From: Tubulanus polymorphus
Taxonomy: Eukaryota; Animalia; Nemertea
DNA length: 64,000 nucleotides
NCBI RefSeq assembly: GCF_964204645.1
Contig: NC_134026.1
Location: forward strand, 2,193,950 to 2,257,949
Direction: 5' to 3'
The notes beneath the pieces are model-generated. The model was not told the DNA's origin. It saw only the letters and a list, made by a program, of their open reading frames with translations, and did no database searches. Shown here piece after piece: positions 13,201 through 26,027 of the stretch; position 1 is the first letter of the stretch; each line of letters begins with the position of its first letter. The position numbers were made by a program, and so were the translations under genes.

Positions 13201-16200
13201 CCGCTTACGGTAATGATTCGAATATTTAAGATGAAAGTTTGTAACTTCGAAAATTGACACCATTCCATTGACCGTTATCAAAGAAAAGGCATTTTTCATC
13301 CAAAGATGGAAAATGAGATTTGATGTGAGATTGATTTTGTGATTAGCATTCAGTGGGGGTGATGCGACCAACGAGTCGAGCGTAGATCGACGCCTAATTA
13401 ACGAGTTCCACTTGTCTGAGTTTCCGTAAAACATCACTGATTTATCACACTATGAAAACCTTTCAGCCGATCATAAACGTACAGAACGAACAAAAGAACA
13501 AAAGGAACCGCGCAGGAGCCTATAACTGAATCGTGAGCTCGCTACGAACTAGATCGCCCCCGTCAACTCTCCATATACGTAAAATATGTTCGTAAACTCC
13601 CTTTTAATGGGTTGTTAGATCACATGAATCCAGCCCTTTCTCACTCTTTATGATAAGTTTTTGAAAAAAAACCTGGCCCAATGTACAATCGTAAATGGAT
13701 TCCGGGGCTCATTCACGCCTGACTGAAAAAGTATCTACAGTGCCGTGCATCCTCATTACAACGAACTTCACGGACCAGAAATATGCTCGTTATAACCGAT
13801 ATATATCCACTATGAAATTATTGAAATGGTCCTATTTTGGACGAGAATCTTGGTTTGCAATAGTCGAGGATCACTACAACTTATTGATACATGGCTATGT
13901 TTCCCATCCGCTAACGGCCCTGTAGGCCCGATAACCTCAAAATCATGTATTCAAATGATGCAGACGCTTCCTCAAATTTTGAAAATGATCTGTTGGGACC
14001 CTGTTACCCCGATAAATCGTTATATCCAAGGTCGTTATAACGAGATTGCGCTGTATTGTAATATATGTCTCTCTAATATTCATCCCTTTCCATCTTTTTA
14101 TTTTACAGTATTATTAACCACAGTAAAGATCTAGAAATCGAGGATATACAGCGAGCGTTCTCGGACGCTTTTAAAATCTGGAGTGACGTCACGCCTTTAA
14201 CATTTACTGAAATAACAGGTGCTGGTGAGGCTGATATACACATACGATTCGCTAAACGCTACCACGATGATGGTTATCCATTCGATGGACCTGGTAAGAA
14301 AACTATAACCGACAAGTTTAAAAAGTTCTATCTCCATTCACTCATTTACAGAGAGATTTCTCGATGTAATGAAAATATATGCTCAACTATCAAATATATA
14401 CTCAGGACCCAGTTCCACAAACTGATTGTTATTCAGAGTTAACTTTAACTCACTTCTGGATCCTGGTTTTCTAAGTGAATTTCATCGTATTCATCTGATA
14501 TTTCAGGTCGAGTTTTGGCCCACGCTTTTTTCCCCGGGGACAGACGAGGCGGGGATACTCATTTTGACGACGATGAAACATGGACGATCAGTACTTCAGC
14601 GAAAGGTTTGTATATTCCCATCCTATCTGACAGAATAATGATAGATAGAACTGCCATTCAAGATATACCGTTATTGACATAAAAATTGTTTTCAAAAACA
14701 AGTTTGTACAACAAAATATAGAGAAACCCTTAATTTTATTTGACAAACTCCGTCGCCGGTAAAGAAACCTGAAATAATTGTTCACACGCTTCTATCTGGC
14801 AAATATGAAACCTCGATATTCGATGTGGTTTTTGTAGAAGGAATGAATTTGGTATCAGTTGCTGCACACGAGTTCGGACACGCTCTTGGTTTAACGCATT
14901 CATCTGTCGTCGGTTCAATGATGTACCCGTGGTATCAGGGTTGGTCGAAATCAATCCAACTTGGCACTGACGATATACACGGAATCCAATCACTTTATGG
15001 TAAAAAAAAACAGAAAACCTTTAAATCTGTTGTGAAAAAATTTATTACTACGTACGTTCAGATGCTAGTTTGCTAAAAAAGTAACATCTTATAATTATGC
15101 ACGTATTACGGAATTGCTGATTGTTATTTCAAACGAAAGATGCGTAAAAACATACGTCAATACAAAATACCAGGTCCAGAATAGTTATGATGTATTTATA
15201 GCACTTTGATATTTTGTAGACACTGATAGATCTAGATAACCGTTTTTAGATTACTTGGAGTACGAGTTTTTTCAAGAAAGGAAAAGTGGGAGGACGAAGG
15301 GGAAAAATAGAAATGAAGAAATGTTTTATTACAGGCGTTTTGAAATGGAAGGGAACGGGGAAGAATTAAAAGGTTTATATCATTTGAATATTTTCCTCGT
15401 TAAACCTCGGAAGGACTGCAGAAAAAAATAAAGAGGTGTGAAAATTGTGATGAATTTTTTTTCAAATGATAGAAGTGGAAAAAGCTTAACTTTTTTGCAA
15501 ATCATAAGAATGAATATCAAGATGATCATAACTTTTACCAGACGGACAAAAAAAGATTTTCTTCATTGAAAAATTATGATGAAAACATGAAGGGGAATTT
15601 AAGAAAGTTTCTTTTTTTTAAATTTGATGCCGAATAATTTTTGCCGAATTCTGGGCGGTGGATCCGTACTCCAAGTAATTAAGAAAGGCCTTAGTATGTA
15701 TTGTATCAAAAACAAAGGTTTTTGATTGACTTAAACGTAGATTTTGAATTTGCAGGTAATATTAAACCATATGACCCCCTGAATCCCCTTCCCACGGAAA
15801 TTCCTATCGATGAGGATGGTGGTCATAACAGAGGTATATTAACCAGCATTAAACACTGATATTTGCAGGGGTGAATCCCGAAATGACTTGTTCAATAAAA
15901 CCAAATCGTCGGTATCATGAGGGGTTTTTACGAGTAACCGATTTTACACGAGTTTTGCGATCGATTTTTCCGATCGACCAACTCGAAGATGGCGGCACCG
16001 GGTAGTTGAAATATAAAGATATAAGCTTTCGCTCAACGTCGCCATGCTTATGTCATGTGATCAACCTGAACCATCGTTATTTTTACGAACGTGTTCGATT
16101 CGATCGCAAAATCGGAGCAAATCGATCGCAAAAAACGAATGCTCGTAAAAACGCTACGAAGTCGTTAACATTAACTACAAACCGATGGGAATTCGTTGTC

Positions 16201-19200
16201 TGAACACGATAAACAGAAGTGCCCGGATCCACCCCTCGATTTCAATGGTTTGGACTTTTCTCGTTGTAAAGGAATTATTGTTATTTATTATATGTTAGAT
16301 GGCGATCGAGTTGTGGCTTTAGCTGTAGTTAACATTTTGAGTCTTGAAATTATTACATTATTTTTATTACGAAATTATTAATTTTGGCGCAGGAACCACC
16401 GTAAACTAGTGTGTCGTTTGAGCTTCTTCTCTGGTTCTGACGCGCGGCTTTTTCTTCGCAAGGAACGTGTGTATGTATAATCACACAGTTATTTAATCAT
16501 TGAGTCAATAATCACACAGTTATTTAATCATTGAGTCAATGTAGATTTCGTATTTTAAATGTTATAATGAAAGTGCAATCAATCACTCTTTCTGCGGACG
16601 TACCGGTGATTTATTAATAATTTTTTCTCCCAGGATAAAAAGTACCATATACGAAATTTTGTATGAGAAAATTACTTGAAAAATTATCTATCATTAACCA
16701 AAAATACATATTTCTTTCTTCGATATATCGCCTAAAAGATGTACTAGAAAAATTGGGGATTTCTGACCCTAAAATCTTTTAGTCGCGAAAGAATTTCCAT
16801 GGAAATTAGAATTGTTCCGGAAATCCAAGATTGCGCCACCCGAATCGAATTAGCATTGATACAACGGTTATTTATATATGCCGAGTAAACTCGTAAAATC
16901 TTTGATCTGAATCTTATATTAATGCTGTATAGTTGAAAGAACTGTTGAAATGACCTTTTCGCTTGTGAATGAATGTAATTATTAATGATTTGCTGATTTC
17001 GTAAAGTTCGAAGGTTTTCACATCGTAATTCAACCTTTTTTCCCCAATTATTCTTTTTATTTGATGCGATGAATAACAATCGACGTATTCTATAGCGTAA
17101 ATAATCATATCGATTTGTACTCTACTCTATTGTGATAAACAAGAAACTAAGACTATGCATGAAAGACGTCGATTTTCCATATTCACTAGCATGAAATGAA
17201 TAAAACTGATATGTCGAAATTATCTTTGTGAATTAACGGTGACGTAAAATATAGTTTCATCTGATCTGAATTTCTTCGCCAGGTATTCCAGGCGACCAAA
17301 CGACAACCACGACGACCGTAACGGCATCGGACCCAACAACCGAACCAGCCCGAGATGAACCGACCTACTTCAATCCAGATAGTGACAAACCCGATCCTTG
17401 TAAATCTTCGTACGACGCGATATCAATAATAAGAGGAGAACTATTCATTTTCACTGGGAAGGTTCGTAGCACAGGGTCTCATTATTGATGACAACATATC
17501 AACTTATCAGTGATATAACATTTATATTTTTGATAATGTTACACTTCCTCACTGGAACTGAGTCAGTATCGCGTAAGAAGATGCCGTGACAAATCGCTTT
17601 GGTAGACCAGTAACTTATCATATAGATAAACGCATGTCATACCGCAGTTATGTTTTGATATCTAGCTATCGGATTTTTTCATGAAACGTTTTTGTACGCA
17701 TTTCGAAATAAACATACCAGAATAACTAGATATCCGCACACAAATAGATCTATATGAGGGATAGAACGTATTACCGGTATTAGAAAAATCTTCTATCGGA
17801 AAAAATCTTATTGATACCGGCTTTCTATTTTATTATTAAGTTATTGCACAGGTGCAATATGTATAGAACTATCGCATTCTGGAAAATATTCTTAACTTTG
17901 GTTTGATTGAGTTCATGGAAATATTTAAGAGTCAAATTTTTTATTATAGAAAATACCACGGTTACAACGAGAAGTATCACAATAACGTAACAGATTTAAC
18001 AGTATTTCTAAATCTTTGATTACATCTGGTCGGTTTAATTTCAGTGGTTTTCTCGAGTGGATAAAGATTTCCAACTGATGACCGGTTATCCAATGAGAAT
18101 AACGCATTTCTGGTACGGTTTACGCGCTGATATCGATGGTGTAGATGCCGTTTATGAACGACAAACTGATGGACGAATTATATTCTTCAAAGGTAAACAA
18201 TAATCAACTCGATAAAGCTTGGTCGACGTTGGGTAAAATGAATTTTTTTTAATTTCATTCACGTGGATTCTTGACTCTAAATACAGTTTCTTGATTTATT
18301 GATATCGATTGTTTTGCAGGAAATAAATATTGGGTGTTTGAAAGTAATCACGCCGAGGCAGGATTCCCACCAGAAGGGAGACCAGTTACTGAATTGGGCT
18401 TACCGCATAATATCGAGAGGGTCGATGCAGCTTTTGTCTGGGGTCATAACCATAAAACTTACTTTATGAGCGGAGACATGTACTGGAGATTCAACGAGCA
18501 TCAGAATCAGATGGACTACGATTACCCTCGCGATATAACAATGTGGGAAGGAGTCCCGGTTCCAGTCAGTGCGGCATTCCAGTCTTGGAATGGTAAGTAC
18601 CGTACGTGTATATTGAAAAAATACATAATTACATTTCATAATTACATATTTAGAACTACATGTATAAGGAATCAAGATCCAGGGGCGGGCGCAGGAAAAT
18701 TCCTGTTGACCTAACCGTGGTTAGTGGCTTATCCGTGGTTACTCTAACCAGCTTGAAATAAGAGGCTACACGGAGACAATGGTCAGCTAACAGCGTTTTC
18801 CTGCGCCCATTTATGCCTAACCACAGTGTACTATAAACCACGGTTAGCACTAACCGGGTTTTCCTGCGCCCACCAGCTGTGAGTTATGGTTACGTTTATT
18901 TTCGATGTTTTAAAACCTCTGAATATAGTCAAATTTTGATTCACAATTGTGGTTCTAAATCCTGGTCTAGTTATAGCCGTTATTCGCGGGAACCTCTTGA
19001 GGTGTTCAGGAAAAGGTCGAACTTTCCGTCATATTCGTACCTGTCTCTTACAGATTATTCTCTCTTATATTTCAGAAGAAACGTATTTCTTTAAAGACAG
19101 AGAATATTATAAATTCAACGATTTGAAAATGAAAGTATTTCCCGGTTATCCGAGACCGTCGAATCCCACGTGGTTGAAATGTCCTCCCGAAAAGAACTAC

Positions 19201-19290
19201 CGAATAGCTCCTGTAGCCGGTGCAAGCGTTCATCGGTCACAGCTGCTGTGTTTATTTCCACTTCTTATAATAAGTCTTTTAAACCATTGA
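7219..19290 (+). CDS. Matrix metalloproteinase (M10A), furin-activated, hemopexin domain, predicted GPI anchor. Exons 7219-7398, 9526-9824, 14109-14293, 14507-14605, 14838-14999, 15756-15833, 17283-17461, 18045-18192, 18320-18592, 19076-19290
   Basis: Signal peptide, YLMKYGYL propeptide, cysteine switch SRCGLPD, furin site RRGKR, YPFDGPG, LAHAFFP, zinc motif HEFGHALGLTH, Met-turn MMYP, Thr/Pro hinge, hemopexin repeats (VDAAFVW, YFFK), terminal hydrophobic tail with no cytoplasmic domain. All junctions are GT-AG and phase-consistent. Confidence 0.95.
13738..14053. mobile_element. pogo/Tigger-like MITE, near full length, in MMP intron
   Basis: TA|CAGTG...CGCTG|TA termini, subterminal ATTACAACGA / TCGTTATAACGAG inverted match; homologous to the 859 and 5329 copies. 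Confidence 0.65.
15240..15690. mobile_element. MITE-like element (~450 bp) in MMP intron
   Basis: Perfect 15-bp inverted repeat ATTACTTGGAGTACG (15250-15264) / CGTACTCCAAGTAAT (15665-15679) around an A-rich non-coding core. Confidence 0.65.
15920..16155. mobile_element. MITE-like element in MMP intron
   Basis: Inverted ends GTTTTTACGAG / CTCGTAAAAAC and subterminal TTTTGCGATCGATTT / AAATCGATCGCAAAA. Confidence 0.65.
16477..16538. repeat. Perfect 31-bp tandem duplication
   Basis: ATAATCACACAGTTATTTAATCATTGAGTCA twice. Confidence 0.9.
18683..18876. mobile_element. Harbinger-like MITE in last MMP intron
   Basis: TIR core GGGCGCAGGAAAA / TTTTCCTGCGCCC, CAG/CTG flanks, internal TAACC.TGGTTA repeats and an extra internal TIR copy near 18796. 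Confidence 0.7.
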
Positions 19291-19534
19291 GAATCGCTTG
19301 TGCTGTAGACGGTTGGAAATTGAGTTGAATTATTAGCACAAACGGCAGCAAGACTGACTGCACAAACGTCATGTTAGAAATGGCTGGTTTTAGTATCGTC
19401 ATCGTAGTATGGGATACTTACGCGATCTTACCGCGAATTTTAAAATATCAATGATCTTACTTTATAAACTAGTCATTCTAGATTATATATATATATATGG
19501 TATATTTTATCGCTGTTTCTGTGAACTCGAATAC

Positions 19535-19627
19535 GCGTTTGTTAGCGGAGTGGTTCGTGCTATCGGTTCTTGGCGATCTGTTATCGTCATTCCGGACGAT
19601 TTAAGGGTTCGAATCCTGTAAGTGGCA
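19535..19627 (+). other. tRNA-like element (tRNA pseudogene or SINE head) in MMP 3'UTR region
   Basis: A box TAGCGGAGTGG (19543-19553), B box GGTTCGAATCC (19606-19616), D-arm TAGCG/TGCTA, hairpin ATCGTC/GACGAT; anticodon and acceptor arms are degenerate. Confidence 0.5.
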
Positions 19628-21193
19628 GCGGTATGTTTCACTGGCGTTGGAAAAAGGGGACCTTTATGCTCACAGGGATTCGAACCTGATGGCATCGCTA
19701 GTACAGGCGGCAGCCTCGGCGCAAAATTTCGGGCCGCGGCAGTCTCGATGTCATTATGTTCGAATCTCTGTCTAAGGAGGAGGCTTTATATGGGTTTTCA
19801 TAGTGTCACTGCGCAGGGCAAACATATTGTACAGTGTTGTGATAAAATGGGTTATGTATATATTGCTCAAAAACTAATGTTATTTGCCAGTTAACATTTT
19901 CAAAGATTTACGTCATTCACACATTCGAGTGACAACAGAAATTAATTCTTACTTAATATACTGATTTATTGCATAAACCAAATACATTTACATCAAAAAG
20001 ATAATTGTATGAAAGAAGCATGTGAAAACGTCAGTTTGTTTTTGTTGTAATTAACATGCGGCATTTACGTTGTAATTTATGATAATTTTGAGATTCATAT
20101 TTGTAAATATTTACATGTACTTGTTAAATATGCACTTTTTCTTTTACCTATGTGAAATTTATGTTCCGTATAACGTGATTGTTAGAGAAAACTCGAACTG
20201 CGTCGTATTATGATTTAAAAAGAATTCAAAGTAATCCCTTCTGGTGTATGCAGATGGAGCCTAGTACAATAACACAAGTAACACAGTCTTCATCGGTTTT
20301 TGGATATTTACATATACCGGTATAGTGAGCTAATTTACAAGGAAAGTCGACACGTGAATTTAGTTACAATTCGTGGTCGTTTACGTAACAATTTATGTTT
20401 CAAATGTCATCAATTTTCTTCATTTCTTGGTATTTTATTATCATGACATCATGTATATTTTCTCATCTGAATAAATGAATCGATTTTAAATGAAAAATAA
20501 GGTTGTAAAGGTTTAATTTTCTTCAGCTTGTGGACTGCTATATACAAAAATATATACAAGAATCTGATCACGTATCATCGTGTTTTCTCGAGTGTAAAAT
20601 ATAGTTCGTATGCAAAATACAAAGCTGATGGAGTTTCTACAGATATGAGATTCATTAAGAGAAGGTGAAATCATTAACAGTAGTCAAACAGTAATCTAAT
20701 GATTGCTCCAAGAAGAAATCAAATCCAAACAGTGTTTAGTCCTATGGGCAAGCTCCAGGAATCTGTATTAAGGGAAGTGATTTTAGGCATTCTAGCCCCG
20801 TATACATTGTAGACCGCAATATCTCGGCCCGGCTCATGTTTCCAGGGTAACAAATCTGCCCAAATAAGCTTGAGAATCTTATCTTTCTTCAATGGAAATT
20901 TGGGCTTTGAGGTATTCCAGGTAAGCGAAATTCCAATTTTTGAGTCTTGGAGCCTGGACTATTGGTCCCTAGACAACCGATTCTTCCATAACGACAGGCA
21001 TTCTGGAACTACAATTACTATCATGCGATACTGAACGTTTCAGTTTGATTGTATTATTCATATCATCCCGATCCCTTATACAGTTAAAATTATCAACCAG
21101 ATTCTTACTCTTATATCCATCAACAACAACAACGTCACAAGAGTCTGCTGAAGATGCGCTGTATCCACTACTGGACGAGGACGATGATGTTGT

Positions 21194-21226
<33 letters not shown>

Positions 21227-22004
21227 CGATGACGATGCTGTTGAGGATGCAGAGGATGAAGATGTCGATGACGGATTTTCATCTGAATTGACCTTTGCCC
21301 GATAACCGGTCAGTTTTACAGTAGCTGTGTCAGAATTCATTGAACAATCGCTGCTACTGTTCGAAGAGTTCGTGTTCCAGCCTGAATCAGCCGATCGAAT
21401 TCTTGATCGGCCATTTTCCGTTGTAGTGATGGTCGAGTCGTTACTGGTCGGTAAGAAAACCTCACGCAGATCGTCTCCACCGTCGACATATAGGGTCATG
21501 AGGGCGTCGTTTCGTAAGAAATCGTCGATAGTATGGTTGGAATTAGAACGATATATTGTAGGTTGACTTTCGGACGAAAGGCGAACGCAAGTATTAACAC
21601 ATTCCTCGTCCCTAGGATCGGTCGGTTGTTTGCCATTCATCGGTAGGTAATTCGGAAATGTATCTTTTTCTTTGCTGTTATCGCTATAACCATTCTGCGC
21701 TGGTTCCTTAAATTACAAACGAAAATGTATTAACAATAACACGAAATATAGTTTACAACACGACGAGTAGTACTATATGTAAGCTTGAGCATTTTATTTG
21801 ACGCACGAGCTTTCGCTATTTATGAGGAGGCTCATTCACCTACGGTAGCATTGATGGCAGTTCTGATGGAATCAGCCAAACTGGACCGGAGAATGATTAA
21901 TTATGAGCTAAATTTAGAGTATATATTCACCTCGATATCGTTTACTTGTTTCTTTGTGTTTCTATTTTTCGATAACGTCCACATAAAACTAGAAAGGAAC
22001 AATA

Positions 22005-22522
22005 TCCTTTAAAGTCCGAGTAACTCTAACCATGGAGAAACATTGTATTTATGCTATTATGAACTTGGTTATATAGCAACTTAAACATTTCGGGTGAAAA
22101 AAATTGAATTCATCAAATCCCATGGTTGCTATGGCAACCGGAAGTCGAAAAATCTGAAAATTCACCCTTACTTCCTGACAAGGTCAAGACAGATATCTTG
22201 CCAAAACCACCTGAAATCATTTGCAAATAACAGTATCTTCAAACCCCTGTAGGGACTTTTAGGTCCCATTGCGTATATAGGAGTTATACGTGGTTGGACT
22301 TAAAAGTCCCGACAGGATTTTTTTCACAGGTTTTGTCACATCATGTTTCCATGGTGACCACATCCTAGTCAATCATCAGAAAACAATTTGATGAATTGGA
22401 AATGTTAGAAAACATAGTTATGCATTTTTTTAAAGTAGTAGGTTGGAATTTATTCTTTTGATAATCAACTTATTGTGGGTTAAATGGGTTCAGACCCAAA
22501 AGTCCCGTCTGACCTCAAAGGG
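22005..22522. mobile_element. Degenerate non-autonomous DNA transposon (piggyBac-like ends) in receptor intron
   Basis: Ends (T)CCTTTAAAGTCCGA / TCTGACCTCAAAGGG|TT; internal GGGACTTTT/AAAAGTCCC inverted repeats; several GTTNCYATGGYRAC palindromes. Confidence 0.45.
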
Positions 22523-25500
22523 TTCTATTTGGAACTCTGTTTGCAAACTATTCATGGAGAAAAGGGCTACGACGGTTGTTATGGCGTTCAGGCCCCAAAC
22601 TCATAAAAAGATACGACGTTACATAATCTATTTATTTTTCATCTGCCTACGAATTCAGAAAAGGAGATTCTTGGAAACTTACAAGCAAATGAAGGCCACG
22701 AAGGGTCTAGATTTTGTTCTATTTAAGATGGTTTATTATTATTAAGAAACAGTGCAATGACACGATCGCACGCTCCAATACAATACAGCCAGCATGCCTC
22801 TTTAAAATGTCACCTGCCGAAAGTGTGTCAACCACTAAGTCAGGAGACCACTGGACAAAAGACCCGGTTTTGTATTCATCAGAAGTCAAACGTGATCCGG
22901 GAAATTCCCAGAGAATGTTTCATATCATTATTTGAATCGTTTGCCCGTGAAGTTTAACGTACTAAAGCGTTTAGTCAGTTTTGGACTTGTCCAATTCATG
23001 GGATATATATACATTATATACATGGGATATATTCTTTATATACATGTAGTTTCAAACAAAGCTGTTCGTTTACTTAAAAAAGGAAATGAAAAAGAGAGGT
23101 AGAGTGTAAACTGGTGTTGCGTGTGGAAATATACATTAAAATCGTAAAATGCGAGCAAAATAGGTGAACATCTGTGCTGTATCAATTCCACGTACATGAA
23201 ATTTGAAATTTCTTCCTCATCCCGTTTATTGAAAAACATCTAACAAAAGATCGACCTATTTCGTATTTCCATTCATTATATATACATATTGTCCGCTGGA
23301 GAATTATCTAAAAAATCTCATCAACTTTTGAAAAAGTCGTTGTTGTTGATTAATTTTCTAGTTATTGTTGGTCAGAAACTTCGTGATTTGATAGTTAAAA
23401 TTATAAAATGGGAAATAAATTCAAAATAAATGGGATACATGTTACTATTGGTAATAAAAAAGATATTCTATCGAAATACATTACGACTACTTTGTCTTCT
23501 TATTTGATTACACTTATTTTAATGCATTTCAGAGTGGTTTGATTGTTATACTACGGAAGTTTTACCGATGTCAAAAATAAATAGTTTTTTTTTTCAATTT
23601 TGGTCGTTGTACTTACTAGACAATCGTAACGTTAGCTATGGCGCATACTAACACACAACCAATGATAATAATGATTATGTAGACCAGCGACAGGCCTGAA
23701 AGAAAATGAAATACCAATGTACCGGTTGGCGAAGATATTTTTCTAATATATTGCACGAACAATGGTTTACATATAATTGAGTAATGCATTCATGCAGTTA
23801 AAAAGTTTGATACAATGACTGCAACTTCACTTTATAAATTTACATATTATAAGTGAAGGCCGTTTTCAAAGTGTAAATACTAGGAGATAATGCAACTCCA
23901 TTCATAGAAAAAGCCACCATCACCTAATGCGAAGCAAAGGCACTATAAATGTAACAGAGGAGACCTCGTTTGGGGAGAACGTATCTAAATATTTGAGAAC
24001 ATGTCCCTCTCCAAAACAAGTTCTCCTTGATTAATCTCACCACCGTAAAAGTAAACATTCCACCACAACAATAAGCGATTAGCATAACTCAGTCTCACTG
24101 CAGAAACCAAATTTATAGCGAGATAAACTATTGACCAGTGAATACATGTTAGGGATATTTTTTCTACAAACCTGCACATTCCGTGCTTACTGATATCTTG
24201 GCTGAAATAGTTTATGATGAAAATATCGTGAACGCTTGAATGAACAGATCTACGTCTCCTTCGCATTATTAAACAGATCCAGGGCCGAGTTGTTCGGGAA
24301 GGATGAATCCCAAATCCATTTTAACTCTACCGGACCCTGGACGAGATGGGTGAATAAACGAGGAAGAGGAACATAATTTGATAACCATTACACCGGCCGT
24401 TAACAATGGATGTCATTAAACATCTAATTTAGAAAAGAAATTATTCTCATCAAGTTATAAATTGAAAATGTGATTTGATATGAGGCCAATCATGTTTTAT
24501 AAATAGAATGAAATAATGGCTTACTTTTTGTGCAAAATATCATTTCACGGGTCGGTCCCGTTTTACCAGCAGACGTCATCGCAAAGATCTTAACCCGATA
24601 TTGCGTAGCTATATCGAGGTTATCGATTATCAGTGTCGGGTTTTGAGCGTAAATCGTTTCTTTCTTTTCATTGACACCTACAATGAGTTTTATTCAGAAA
24701 AATGAATAAATGCGTTGTTAATTTTGTACGGAGAACAGGTCTAGACACCGGGGATCATGCCGCCTACCTCCCGTTGCATTATTCGGAGATACTACAATGA
24801 TGTATCGTTCAATGTATCCCACTTCCATTGAACAGTTTTGATGAACTACAGATAAGATAGCCGACTGCCAAAATGCTTGTATCTCCACAATGGGACCGAT
24901 GACGGGAACTAAAAAATTTATAGGCAAATACGTTCAACCTTATGTTTGAAGCGGTTTTTTCTTAAATGTTTAAATGACGTATCAAAATGCGCACCTCCTT
25001 GCTGCTTGTATAGGCACCTCGACCAGTGAATTCCGCTGTAAAGATTCTTAGATTTTACGCCGATAGCAAATATAGTTTTGTCGCATAATTTCTCATTAGT
25101 GAAGTCTAGCGTCAATTCAGTTGAATTTCCTGGGAGGTGTTTGTGCTTCAACTGATCCTGCAAAAACCTCAAATACATTAGAAATAAGTCAGGTCTCAGT
25201 CAAACGAAAACGAACATGTATCTCTTTACCCGACACTGTTTGCCTCCGAATGCATGGACATTTTTGCACCAATAAACGGTGATAGAATCAGCATGCCAGC
25301 ATCTATCCCATTTCACCAGAACCGTTCTTTTGTATAATAATCGAATTGCCCGAAAATGTTCAGGATGTTGAGGCACTGAAGTAAATATTACGAACTCTTG
25401 ATAAGAAAATGATCGAGATCAATGATATGCATTCTGTAAATTCGGAAGCAAACTTACACGATCTTAATCTCGATAATGATAAATTCGAGATTTCTGCAGG

Positions 25501-25731
25501 TAATAGCGATTTGTTAAGACCAACATCAGTTTCCGACCAAATTTGTATCGTGTGCGTTCCATCTCGACTCAGATGGAATTGTCGGTATGACCAGGTTAAT
25601 TTGACGGGCAAAATCTCCGCGATGAATTTGCGAGGACGAACATCGGGAATTATAGCAGCTTTAACCTCGTACTTATCGCTCTGTCTTTGAATAATGGGGA
25701 TCGGCTGAAAATTATACATAACGTATTTTTT

Positions 25732-26027
<296 letters not shown>

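Noticed and set aside
9866-13437. Short ORFs in the large MMP intron as nested genes
   Set aside because: No recognisable domains or consistent exon chains.
20770-20970. Possible TE providing the receptor stop codon (AGGGA..TCCCT ends)
   Set aside because: Only 5 bp of terminal complementarity, and no recognisable continuation of the protein beyond it.
21045-21305. Poly-Asp and poly-His ORFs
   Set aside because: Alternative frames of the (TCA/GAT)n poly-Ser tract in the receptor last exon.
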